DNA from: Bacteroidales bacterium | GTDB taxonomy: Bacteria; Bacteroidota; Bacteroidia; Bacteroidales; JAAYJT01 | Assembly: GCA_049654165.1 (NCBI GenBank) | Contig: JBASHR010000037.1 | Coordinates: 16,780-80,779 of the forward strand | Length of the DNA stretch: 64,000 bases | Direction of reading: 5' to 3' | In this document: positions 38,805 through 48,264 of the stretch, one piece after another | How the letters are laid out: each line of letters opens with the position of its first letter | Position numbering within the stretch: position 1 is the first letter of the stretch | Notes under the pieces: generated by a model | The model's input: the letters and a program-made list of their open reading frames with translations, nothing else | The model's database searches: none | Told to the model about the DNA's origin: nothing | Program-made: the position numbers and the translations under genes

Positions 38805-39345
38805 AAATCCCGTAGAGCAGCAATATTCCAGCGCTTCGGGAACCTCAGCATCCGGAACTACAAATCCCGCAGGTTATTTAATCCCGTAGTGTCGCAGATA
38901 CTTACGGGATGGTATGATTATAACGCCTGTGGAACTCTAAACCACATACAAACCCTGAAGGGGTGAAATATTCCGGCGCTTCGGGAACCTCAGCGCACGG
39001 AGTTAATAGCCCTGTAAGGGCTATATTTTGGTAGAAAATCATAAAAATTCAATCTCTAAGCCCCGTAGGGGCGGCATGTCAATAACACGTGTGGTACTCT
39101 ATGCCTCTCACAAACCCTGGAGGGGTTTAATAACAAATGATCGATGAATAATGAATAGGAACGGGCTTTAGCCCGTTCATTAAATAAATTCCCTCTTCCC
39201 TCTGGGCTTTAGCCCAAATCTACTGGATGTTAAAATCTAATTACATTTTTAAACTGGTTTGGCTAAAGCCAATATTGTGTTGTTACCCCTTTTTTACCAC
39301 CGGCTAAAGCCGGTGGCAATTCATGATCATACCATTATGAATAAA
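38805..39345. repeat. mosaic array 2 of the same hairpin-module family
   Basis: It contains ggcgct-N11-agcgc (38975-38996), atcccgtagtgtc/gatacttacgggat (38881-38910), ccccgtagggg (39061-39071), acgggc-ttta-gcccgt (39161-39176) and ccaccggc-taaa-gccggtgg (39297-39316). By eye, 39110-39340 is homologous to 25008-25230 at roughly 80 percent identity. Confidence 0.85.
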
Positions 39346-39414
39346 ATGCCCGGGCTTTAATATTGTCCTCCTCTATATTACCCTAATAATAATTCATTCA
39401 GCATAAACTTTTTG

Positions 39415-39422
39415 TATTTTTG
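39415..39422 (+). promoter_or_regulatory. -7 element TAnnTTTG overlapping the first possible (TTG) start of the TPR/LuxR ORF
   Basis: TATTTTTG at 39415-39422, while the ORF track opens at 39420. Confidence 0.4.
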
Positions 39423-39440
39423 CTGAAATCAGAAACGCTA

Positions 39441-41120
39441 TTGTTGAAAAGAATTTCAAATAAAACATTCATTATTATTTCAATTCTGATTTGGGTTTGT
39501 TCGCACACAGCAGCAAACAATCAAAGCAGGCTGGATTCGCTGTATCATCTGCTCGAAACCACCAGGCACGACACTTCAAAAGTCAACATACTTGTTGAAA
39601 TATCAAGGATACACGAAAAAAGTGATCTGTCACTTTCATTGCAATACTCGCAGCAAGCCCTTGAAATTGCTGAAAAAACAGGGAACAAGGGATCGGTTGC
39701 CTATGCTTTGTTCAACCTGGGTAATGTTTCGTTTGCGCAAGGACTATTCCCTATTGCAGTGAACTATTTTGAGAAATATATCGAGCTGCAGCATGGGATT
39801 GAAAATGCAATCCCTATTGCGTTCGCACAGATAAATCTTGGAGCTATAAATATAAAGCTCAATCAATTTGAGCAGGCAGAAAAATATTTTCTCGGCGCTC
39901 TTGAATCCTTCCGTCAGGCTGAATCAGCAGACCCTTCAAAATCGTTCGACAAAGAGTCAATAAATATTTATAATAATCTCGGAATTATCTATCAGCGCGA
40001 AAAAGATGTAAACAAAGCCATTGAATACTATAACAAAGGGATAGAACTTGCTGAAAAGACTTCGGAAGAGAGCGGGATACATGCAATGCTGTTTAATAAT
40101 CTGAGTTCGGTGTTGCTGGATATGAATAAAACGGAAGAAGCTCTGGTTCCTATGGAAAAAGCTCTGGAAATAAGGCTGAAAAACAACGACCGCGCCGGCG
40201 AAGCTTCATCGTATAAAATGATAGCCCGTTATCATTCCATTCTTAACAATAAACAGAAAACCAGGGAATATCTGAACAAAGCATTTTCAATTGCTGAGGA
40301 AACGGGCAACAATTCGCTTAAAGCCGAAATCTGCAATGATATCTTCAACTATTATCAGCTTAATAATCAAAGCGATTCAGCTTTGAAGTATCATATTCTT
40401 CTGAAGGAATTAAATGATATCATGAACAAGGATGAGGCTCTGAAAGAACTTACCCGCATAGAGCTTACCGCTCAGTTTGAACAGCAGGACCTGATAAGGC
40501 AGGCTGAACAGAAGCGCAAGGAGCTTAAATATCTGATTATAGGTCTTGTATTGTTCCTCAGTGTGGTAATTCTGACCCTTCTGTATTTCTTGCTCTGGAG
40601 TCGTATGAAAAGGCTGAGGCTGGAAAAAGAAAACGTACAACTGGTTTCAAAAAATCTTGAACTCGAAAAGACCACCCTTGGGCAGGAACTGGAAATACGG
40701 AATAAAGAGCTGACTACCAATGTAATGCATCAGATCCAAAGAAATGAACTTGTGAATGAGGTTGTGCAAAAGCTTCAGGATTTTGGTAAAACACTGCGCA
40801 AGGAAGACCAGCATCTTATCCTTGGTTTTGTGTCGGGCTTAAAAAAATCGCAGAACACTGCCGTATGGAATGAGTTTGAGGTAAGGTTTCAGCAGGTTCA
40901 TAATGAATATTACGATAAACTCAACCTTATAAATCCCGATCTTACGCCAAACGACCGCAGGCTTTGTGCTTTTTTACGTCTTAATATGAACACCAAGGAA
41001 ATTGCATCAATTACCGGACAATCAATCAGAAGTATTGAAGTTGCCCGTACCCGCCTGAGGCGCAAACTTAATCTCACAAATTCCGATACCGGACTTGTTG
41101 AATTCTTGTCGCAATTGTGA
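39441..41120 (+). CDS. TPR-repeat protein with a transmembrane segment and a C-terminal LuxR-type HTH domain
   Basis: The ORF is open from 39420 but has no ATG until deep inside. Probable TTG starts are at 39441 or 39444. TPR-like repeats are followed by a TM helix (LIIGLVLFLSVVILTLLYFLLW), a coiled coil, and the C-terminal LTPNDRRLCAFLRLNMNTKEIASITGQSIRSIEVARTRLRRKL. Confidence 0.7.
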   Translation: MLKRISNKTFIIISILIWVCSHTAANNQSRLDSLYHLLETTRHDTSKVNILVEISRIHEKSDLSLSLQYSQQALEIAEKTGNKGSVAYALFNLGNVSFAQGLFPIAVNYFEKYIELQHGIENAIPIAFAQINLGAINIKLNQFEQAEKYFLGALESFRQAESADPSKSFDKESINIYNNLGIIYQREKDVNKAIEYYNKGIELAEKTSEESGIHAMLFNNLSSVLLDMNKTEEALVPMEKALEIRLKNNDRAGEASSYKMIARYHSILNNKQKTREYLNKAFSIAEETGNNSLKAEICNDIFNYYQLNNQSDSALKYHILLKELNDIMNKDEALKELTRIELTAQFEQQDLIRQAEQKRKELKYLIIGLVLFLSVVILTLLYFLLWSRMKRLRLEKENVQLVSKNLELEKTTLGQELEIRNKELTTNVMHQIQRNELVNEVVQKLQDFGKTLRKEDQHLILGFVSGLKKSQNTAVWNEFEVRFQQVHNEYYDKLNLINPDLTPNDRRLCAFLRLNMNTKEIASITGQSIRSIEVARTRLRRKLNLTNSDTGLVEFLSQL

Positions 41121-41130
41121 GCAGTTGATT

Positions 41131-41138
41131 TATTTTTG
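41131..41138 (+). promoter_or_regulatory. -7 element TAnnTTTG upstream of ispG
   Basis: TATTTTTG, 24 nt upstream of ATG 41162. Confidence 0.45.
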
Positions 41139-41161
41139 CTGAAAAATTCAGAACACCATAA

Positions 41162-42925
41162 ATGAATTCATTTGATCAAAATTCATCCCTTATCTGGAAC
41201 CCCCGACCGGTAAAAATCGGGAATGTAGTCATTGGAGGTAGCGAACCTGTAAGTGTTCAGTCAATGACCAATACCTCAACATCTGATATCAGGGCTACTG
41301 CAGAGCAATGCAAAAGGCTGGCTGAAGCGGGATGCGCTCTTGTAAGAATAACTGCCCGCAACCATAGAGAAGCTGAGAACCTTGCTGATATAAAAAAAGA
41401 ACTTCGCGATGCCGGTATCAATATCCCACTGATAGCCGATGTACATTTTAGTCCTTCAGTTGCTGAAATTGCTGCCGGACTGGTGGAGAAAGTGAGGATA
41501 AATCCCGGGAATTTCGTTGACAAGCGTCAGGCTAAGTTCCAATACTCTGAATCTGAATATAATGCTGAGTTATCAAGAATTTATGAACGGTTAAAACCCC
41601 TGCTTGATATTTGCCGGCAAAACAGCACAGCCATACGTATAGGGGTCAATCACGGGTCATTATCAGGAAGGATAATGCAACGCTACGGTGATACTCCTGC
41701 AGGCATGGCTGAATCGGCAATGGAGTTCGTAAGGATGTGTCATAATGCAGGATTTCATCAGCTTGTACTCTCAATGAAAGCAAGCAATGTAAGAGTAATG
41801 GTAGCAGCCACACGACTTCTGGTTCAGAAAATGATAGCAGAGCAGATGCAGTATCCTATACATCTTGGTGTTACTGAGGCAGGGAACGGACTGGAAGGAC
41901 GAATTAAATCGGCGGCAGGCATTGGAACTTTACTTGCCGATGGTATTGGCAACACCATAAGAGTTTCGCTCACTGAGGCTCCCGAAAATGAAATTCCTGT
42001 TGCCAGGGAAATAATATCATTTTTCGAAGAGGCAAAAACCAGTAACAGCAGTATAATATTTAACACAGATGTTTTCACTGATGCCTCGCTGATTGACTAC
42101 CGGCGCCGTCACAGCAGGGCTATCGGCAGCATAGGGGGAGGCAATGTGCCGGTTGTGCTTTGGGGTAAAACAGAGGTTTGCACCATAAACGAAGACCTGG
42201 TTCCGGAAGGCAATGAAGGGAAGATCATAACAGGCGAAAAAGCTGATCACAGTCAGCAGGGTATCAGCTATATGCTTCTCGATCCTTTAGTACCGGAAGT
42301 AATGGATTTCCTAAAAACTCAGGAAACAAACAGCGGCAAGTTTATTCCGGTTTTCACGATAAGTAATTTAGCATCAATACATAAAACCCGCGAAATAATC
42401 AATTCCATGGGCAGAACCAATTCTGAACTGCCTGTATTACTGTCTTTTACTGAAGATGACAAGGATATTTACCGGTTTGCAATCCGTTCAGCCATAAGGC
42501 TGGCTCCTTTGCTGAATGATGGTTTATGTGATGGTATCTATCTGAGGAACAATAAAACAGACGAGCAGACATTGGCAAAAATTGCGTTTGGAATTTTACA
42601 GGCTACCCGTAGCCGTATCACACAAACTGAATATATAGCCTGTCCGGGTTGTGGCAGAACACAATACGACCTTGAAACAGCTCTTGAAAGGGTAAAACGG
42701 GCAACTTCGCATCTTAAAGGACTAAAAATTGCAGTAATGGGATGTATTGTCAACGGACCCGGCGAAATGGCAGATGCGGATTTTGGTTATGTAGGTGAAG
42801 GAAACGGACGTGTCGCCCTGTACAAAGGGCATACATTGGTGAAGAAAAATATTGCCGAACAGGATGCAGTAGATGAACTAATTAACTTGCTGAAGTCTGA
42901 GAATCAGTGGAAGGAAGCGTTGTAA
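41162..42925 (+). CDS. ispG: 4-hydroxy-3-methylbut-2-en-1-yl diphosphate synthase (long form with insertion domain)
   Basis: 587 aa with VQSMTNT, RINPGN, and the C-terminal Fe-S Cys motif (YIACPGCGRT...MGCIVNGPGE). Confidence 0.95.
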   Translation: MNSFDQNSSLIWNPRPVKIGNVVIGGSEPVSVQSMTNTSTSDIRATAEQCKRLAEAGCALVRITARNHREAENLADIKKELRDAGINIPLIADVHFSPSVAEIAAGLVEKVRINPGNFVDKRQAKFQYSESEYNAELSRIYERLKPLLDICRQNSTAIRIGVNHGSLSGRIMQRYGDTPAGMAESAMEFVRMCHNAGFHQLVLSMKASNVRVMVAATRLLVQKMIAEQMQYPIHLGVTEAGNGLEGRIKSAAGIGTLLADGIGNTIRVSLTEAPENEIPVAREIISFFEEAKTSNSSIIFNTDVFTDASLIDYRRRHSRAIGSIGGGNVPVVLWGKTEVCTINEDLVPEGNEGKIITGEKADHSQQGISYMLLDPLVPEVMDFLKTQETNSGKFIPVFTISNLASIHKTREIINSMGRTNSELPVLLSFTEDDKDIYRFAIRSAIRLAPLLNDGLCDGIYLRNNKTDEQTLAKIAFGILQATRSRITQTEYIACPGCGRTQYDLETALERVKRATSHLKGLKIAVMGCIVNGPGEMADADFGYVGEGNGRVALYKGHTLVKKNIAEQDAVDELINLLKSENQWKEAL

Positions 42926-43877
42926 CCGGCATTTCCTTACCTATAATCACTTTAAGGCTCTGGGGTACTATCCCGAATTTAAAAGGGCTATGTCCAAGCG
43001 ATTCGCCATCAGCTTCCATAAAAACTTCAGGTTTTGAATTTATCAGGATTGATCTTCCCTGGAACATTTTTACCTGAGGCATGCGAGTGAAAGAACCATC
43101 ATACAATTTAGATACGGCACTTACCACCTTGAAACGGCTTAACTTTTTAATAACCGTCATATCAAGGATGCCGTCGTCAGCAACAGCATTTGGCAACTGC
43201 ATCATGCCTCCGCCATTGAATTTACAGATACCAACGTTCATGGTAAAAACCGGAGCTTTCAGAACATCCTCACCATCAACTGATATTTCAATCATAGTCT
43301 CTTTAAAAGAAAACAAGCTTGTAAAAATATTCAGCATATATGACAACGGACCGCCTTTGCCCTGATCTTTCTGCTTATTGGTTTTTTCAGCAACCACAGC
43401 ATCGTATCCCATGCCTGCCATATTGACAAAATAACGGTTCTTCTCTTTTCCTTCCTGCTGGAATTTCACCCAGCCCACATCCTGCATAAAGGTTTCTCCT
43501 TTGAGTATCACATCAATAGCGCCTTTATAATCGTAAGGTATCCCAAACATACGGCACCAGTCGTTACCGGTTCCTACTGGTATCAAACCTACTGTAATGC
43601 TTTTGGTAGCTTTTTTTGACTGCGTGAAAATGCCATTTACCACTTCATTCATCGTGCCGTCGCCGCCAACCACAATAATATTCCGGTAGCCACTTTCAAC
43701 ATATCTCCTCGCCATGCGAATAGCATGGATACGGTGTTGTGTGAACACGCTTTTGTAGCGTATATTAGCTATGCCAAGAAGTCTGGCAATTTCAGGCCAG
43801 TCTTTTTCCCCTTTGCGCCTGCCGGCATTGGGATTCACAATTACAAACCACTCAATATTTTGACTTTCGCTCGGCAT
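42882..43877 (-). CDS. diacylglycerol/lipid kinase family protein (YegS-like)
   Basis: 331 aa with VVGGDGTMNEVVNG and IPVGTGNDW. Its 3' end overlaps the ispG 3' end by 44 nt. Confidence 0.85.
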   Translation of the reverse strand: MPSESQNIEWFVIVNPNAGRRKGEKDWPEIARLLGIANIRYKSVFTQHRIHAIRMARRYVESGYRNIIVVGGDGTMNEVVNGIFTQSKKATKSITVGLIPVGTGNDWCRMFGIPYDYKGAIDVILKGETFMQDVGWVKFQQEGKEKNRYFVNMAGMGYDAVVAEKTNKQKDQGKGGPLSYMLNIFTSLFSFKETMIEISVDGEDVLKAPVFTMNVGICKFNGGGMMQLPNAVADDGILDMTVIKKLSRFKVVSAVSKLYDGSFTRMPQVKMFQGRSILINSKPEVFMEADGESLGHSPFKFGIVPQSLKVIIGKEMPVTTLPSTDSQTSAS

Positions 43878-44047
43878 AGTTGAGTTTTACACAATACTCA
43901 TTTTGTACTGTTTATTATTCAGCTATTGGTATTTCAAAAAAAGAATTCCAGTAAAAGCATCAAAAATACACTTAAATATTTTATCAACAACAATCACATT
44001 TTGTCAATTTTACATAATATGCTGTATGTTAGCAATTTGACATTTTC

Positions 44048-45718
44048 TTAATAATCATCGAAATAAGCAAAACAAAAATAGAAGCAGGTAAAAAATGTAA
44101 TTCCTGCCTGAGTATTTAAAGTATCGTCGAAAAACATTGAGATCCCCACAATAGCGATAAGAACCCACAGAAAATAATTGTTTTGTTTTTCTAACATAAA
44201 TACCGGCAGAACCAAAGCAATAATATACCATGCAAGACCTATCAATCCAAATCCAATGGCTATTGTAAAATACTGATTATGAGGGTTCATCCTCCATCTG
44301 CTTTCAAGATTTGAATTTAATTCATCATAGGCATTTCTTATGGCACGGTCAACGTCGCCTGTACCCACCCCAAACAAAGGATGCTGCCTGATAACATGTA
44401 TTGAAGCCCTCCAGTGTTCAATCCTCTGAGTAAAAGTATTGGAATTCGGATCGCCATGCAGCTTTAGTCTCTGATACCCCATTACTGCTTCAAATATTTT
44501 GCTTTTTATATTTAGGCGGTTTAGATAAATTATGTTGGCAACACCATTTTCAACATTTGCAATATCCTTTTCAGAAAGCTGCCTGACGCCTGAAGCATCT
44601 TTTCTCAGATCCTTTGAATTCAGATAGCGTATGAGGGTGTATGCAATCTTGTTACCTCTTTTGTCCAAACCATTGAAATCAGTTTCACTTACCTTGTTCC
44701 ATGCTTCTTCAAGTTCATCCCAACTCACATACAAGCCGATATAGCGTCCGTTTTCAATTCCAAGGCTCACAGTATCATGCTGATACGGGTTGCCCATTTC
44801 GGTATGAGTGCTAAGGGTATCAGCAAGCAAAGGTTCAGGAGTAATATAATTCTTCACAACTGAAAAAACATAGGCAATTATCAGTAAGGGGATTGCAAAA
44901 ACAACAGAAAACAACACATGCTTCATCCGTACCTGCCTGATCTCACGTATCTTAACAACAGTAAGAATAAAAGCTACAACGATAAAAACAACAATCCCGC
45001 TCAAAGATTTAAGCATAAACAGGAAAATAACGAACCATGCAATAAGAAGAATCAGAACTGTTCTGGGAATATTGAACAGGGTTCCGGGTTTGAAAACAAA
45101 ATAAATCAGAATGAAAACAGCAAGGCATATATTCAGGCTAAAGCGTATATGGGAAATAAACAGCGAGATATCTCTTGTATCAACAACATTGGTTTTAAAC
45201 AATACCCAGGTGCTTATAAGGGTATTTACAAATATCGCACTGATATAAATTATCAATAGAAAATGGAACTGTTTTCTGTTCAAAGGCGTCATTGTGCTGA
45301 TGATCAGCGGCAAAACAAGTAAAGGTAATTTTATGCGAAGGTCACCCAAGCCGTTAAGAAAATCGCCGGTCCATAACATTCCTGCAATATGCATGAAATA
45401 GGCAGATATGAATATTAGAGCCGGCTTATTTGATATGAATTGTCTTATTCGGATTATCAGGTTTTTATACATCCGAACCAAACATGAACCAATGAAAGCA
45501 AAAGTATTTTTCAGAACCCCTGAAGTCGTTTTTTTATTATGAACATCAAGGCTTATATCTACTATGTCGCACAACCAGAAAAACACCATCATGAATTGTG
45601 CAACACTCATGAAATATGGCGACAGGGTCAACGAAACCATTAACAAAGCCATAGATCCAATCATAAAATACTGTGTATTGAATGTTCTGACTTTATTCTG
45701 CGAATTGACCTCAGTCAT
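44048..45718 (-). CDS. O-antigen ligase (Wzy_C)-like polytopic membrane protein
   Basis: 556 aa and highly hydrophobic, with a large loop in the C-terminal third (HNQYFTIAIGFGLIGL). The family call is by resemblance. Confidence 0.6.
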   Translation of the reverse strand: MTEVNSQNKVRTFNTQYFMIGSMALLMVSLTLSPYFMSVAQFMMVFFWLCDIVDISLDVHNKKTTSGVLKNTFAFIGSCLVRMYKNLIIRIRQFISNKPALIFISAYFMHIAGMLWTGDFLNGLGDLRIKLPLLVLPLIISTMTPLNRKQFHFLLIIYISAIFVNTLISTWVLFKTNVVDTRDISLFISHIRFSLNICLAVFILIYFVFKPGTLFNIPRTVLILLIAWFVIFLFMLKSLSGIVVFIVVAFILTVVKIREIRQVRMKHVLFSVVFAIPLLIIAYVFSVVKNYITPEPLLADTLSTHTEMGNPYQHDTVSLGIENGRYIGLYVSWDELEEAWNKVSETDFNGLDKRGNKIAYTLIRYLNSKDLRKDASGVRQLSEKDIANVENGVANIIYLNRLNIKSKIFEAVMGYQRLKLHGDPNSNTFTQRIEHWRASIHVIRQHPLFGVGTGDVDRAIRNAYDELNSNLESRWRMNPHNQYFTIAIGFGLIGLAWYIIALVLPVFMLEKQNNYFLWVLIAIVGISMFFDDTLNTQAGITFFTCFYFCFAYFDDY

Positions 45719-45847
45719 GATAGTTACCTGTTAGTTGCAAAAGCAAAAATATTCCTTTTCTTATTTACTCCGGCTTCCTCTTGGTTTTATTATCCGCAAT
45801 ATCAGCATAGTCATCTGACAATTGAGCTATTATATTTCCCCAAACCT

Positions 45848-47179
45848 TTATATAACTTTGAGTTCCCATCTTCTGGATTTCATATAATAATACGAGATAA
45901 GCCCTAAAGCTATATAGTAGAAATATTCACAAAACCAGACAAAAGTAATTGGCTGCTGAAGTTTTATACCTATCAGCCATGCAACAACCAGATATCCCAC
46001 CAGTGTCAGACTCTCGATCAGCAAGGCATCGCGGGTATTGCCGGTTCCTGAAATACCGCTGAACATATTTTGTATTAGGGCAAAAATGGCTGTCGCGCCC
46101 AGTATCACAAATACCGAAGGAGTACTGTCAGCTATAAGTGAAGCATCTGGAGTATAAACCCTGATAAACAATCCGGGCATTATCAGCAGCGGTATTAACA
46201 TAAGAAACACACTGAACAGCGTTATTCTGGTAACCTTACGGATGATAGGAATGACCATTTCGCTGAACCCCTCCCCTATTATATTGCTTACCAGAGTATT
46301 TGTTGTTGAGCTGAACGCCCACACTGGTATCATCAGCACCATATAAAGACTACGGATGATATTGGCGATGGCAAGCGAACGCTCACCCATTTTTTCAATT
46401 ATCATGAAAAACACAAACCATACGGCTAAAGAGAAAAAATGCTGCAGCATTACAAATAATGAGACATCAAATATCTTCCGAACCGTTGAGAAGTTTATCC
46501 CCGGGAAGCGGAATAGCTGATATTTAAACCTGTCGTTCGTGGTAAGAAAATAGATCAGGAAGAACAAAGCCGAACTTCCTTCAGCAATAGCCGATGCCAG
46601 TGCTGCACCTCCAATGCCCATTTCAGGAAAGCCCCAATGTCCGAATATCAAAACATAATCAAGTAACACATTAACGCTTGCCATTATGATACTGCTTACG
46701 GTGAGCATTCTGGTTTTAGTTACTGCAACAAAGAAAGCCCTTGACAGTACATTGAAGAATGCAAAAAATATCCCATATATCCTGTATTGGAGATAAGTAA
46801 CCGAAGCATTGAAGATATCGTCAGAAGCAATAAACGGGCGGAGCAGATCGGCGGAGAAAAGTCGTAAAGTGATGAACAGGAAAATGCCAATTACAAGCAT
46901 GACATATATGCTGTGATCCATAATATTCCCAACATCCTTCAGTTTTCCCTCTCCATTACGCCGTGCCATAAGTATCTGAGAACCTATGCTAAAACCGAAG
47001 CCAAGCATGTAAAGCACAACATAAAAAATGCCGGCAATAGCAGCAGCCCCAAGCTCTACTTCGCCCACCCTGCCCATAAAGGCAGTATCTGTCACATTTA
47101 TAACATTCTGAGCTAAGAGGCTGAGTATTAATGGGTAAGAGATCCGCCAGATTTGTCTGTATGATGGAAGTTGTTTCAA
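45848..47179 (-). CDS. MATE-family efflux transporter
   Basis: 443 aa with 12 predicted TM segments. N-terminal IWRISYPLILSLLAQNVINVTDTAFMGRVG is typical of MATE. Confidence 0.85.
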   Translation of the reverse strand: MKQLPSYRQIWRISYPLILSLLAQNVINVTDTAFMGRVGEVELGAAAIAGIFYVVLYMLGFGFSIGSQILMARRNGEGKLKDVGNIMDHSIYVMLVIGIFLFITLRLFSADLLRPFIASDDIFNASVTYLQYRIYGIFFAFFNVLSRAFFVAVTKTRMLTVSSIIMASVNVLLDYVLIFGHWGFPEMGIGGAALASAIAEGSSALFFLIYFLTTNDRFKYQLFRFPGINFSTVRKIFDVSLFVMLQHFFSLAVWFVFFMIIEKMGERSLAIANIIRSLYMVLMIPVWAFSSTTNTLVSNIIGEGFSEMVIPIIRKVTRITLFSVFLMLIPLLIMPGLFIRVYTPDASLIADSTPSVFVILGATAIFALIQNMFSGISGTGNTRDALLIESLTLVGYLVVAWLIGIKLQQPITFVWFCEYFYYIALGLISYYYMKSRRWELKVI

Positions 47180-47328
47180 ATAGTCAAAGTTGATAGTAAT
47201 TCAAAAAAATATTGAACGGATAATACATATTTACCCTGGTCTCATGTTTTGAACCAATTAGAAGTTATTTTGTTTACGATTTTAGAATTCTGAATATTTT
47301 GCAAAATTAATCCAAAAATCACGCGAGA

Positions 47329-48171
47329 ATGAAAACAGTTCTTACTTTCCTTGCTTCATTTATCTTTCTTACTACTTCAGCACAGTCAAACTTTCCATTT
47401 CCCGCTAACAATGCAAACTGGCATGAGATTTTAGAATTCCCTACCGGTTCGTTTCCAAATTTCGGATATGGATATGCTACATTTCAGTACCAGTATCACG
47501 GCGAAAAACCAATGAACGGATACATATACGGACAGTTGTATTCAACTGAAAGCCCTGTGTTCATACCTGACTCACCGGGTAATACATTACGCGGATATAT
47601 AAGGGAAGAAAATGGTGTGGTGATGCTGCTCCGTCCTGATCAGCCCCGCGAAGACACTCTCTATAATTTCAATATACAGCCGGGCGACACTGCAACTTTC
47701 TACAGATGGAGCTGTACCAATATTCATCCCATGGTCGTAAATACTGTTGACAGTATCATGATAAACAATGAATATCGCCGCAGGATCATTTTCGATACCA
47801 TTGTTACTTCAAATATGGGTTTAATAGAAATATGGATTGAAGGTATAGGAAGTATTCATGGTCCTTTGTTTCCTTCAATTACCAGATTACAGACCAATGA
47901 TGTGCCCGATGGAAGTCATCTCTCATGTTTTTTTCAGGACGGTGAGCTTGTTTATCACAACGAAAATTACGATAAGTGCTATAAAAGTACTTCAAAAGGT
48001 GATGCAAACTGCGATGAAGTCATAAATGTGCTGGATGTGGTCATTATTGTCAACAATATTCTTGGTGCAAATCCGCAGCCATTCTGTTTTGATTTCGCCG
48101 ATGTAAACGGAGACAGCATAATAAATGTGCTTGATGCTGTACTCACCCTGGAACTTATTCTTTCAAAGTAG
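47329..48171 (+). CDS. secreted protein with C-terminal dockerin-like (type I, duplicated Ca-binding loop) module
   Basis: Signal peptide MKTVLTFLASFIFLTTSAQS. C-terminal GDANCDEVINVLDVVIIVNNILG...DVNGDSIINVLDAVLTLELI. Confidence 0.65.
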   Translation: MKTVLTFLASFIFLTTSAQSNFPFPANNANWHEILEFPTGSFPNFGYGYATFQYQYHGEKPMNGYIYGQLYSTESPVFIPDSPGNTLRGYIREENGVVMLLRPDQPREDTLYNFNIQPGDTATFYRWSCTNIHPMVVNTVDSIMINNEYRRRIIFDTIVTSNMGLIEIWIEGIGSIHGPLFPSITRLQTNDVPDGSHLSCFFQDGELVYHNENYDKCYKSTSKGDANCDEVINVLDVVIIVNNILGANPQPFCFDFADVNGDSIINVLDAVLTLELILSK

Positions 48172-48264
48172 GTTTTACAGGTAATTCAGAGGCTCACTGA
48201 GTGCTTGAATTTTTAACTGGTTGATAGGAGGAAGAAGCAAATAATTATTTAGCTGCTATAAGCT

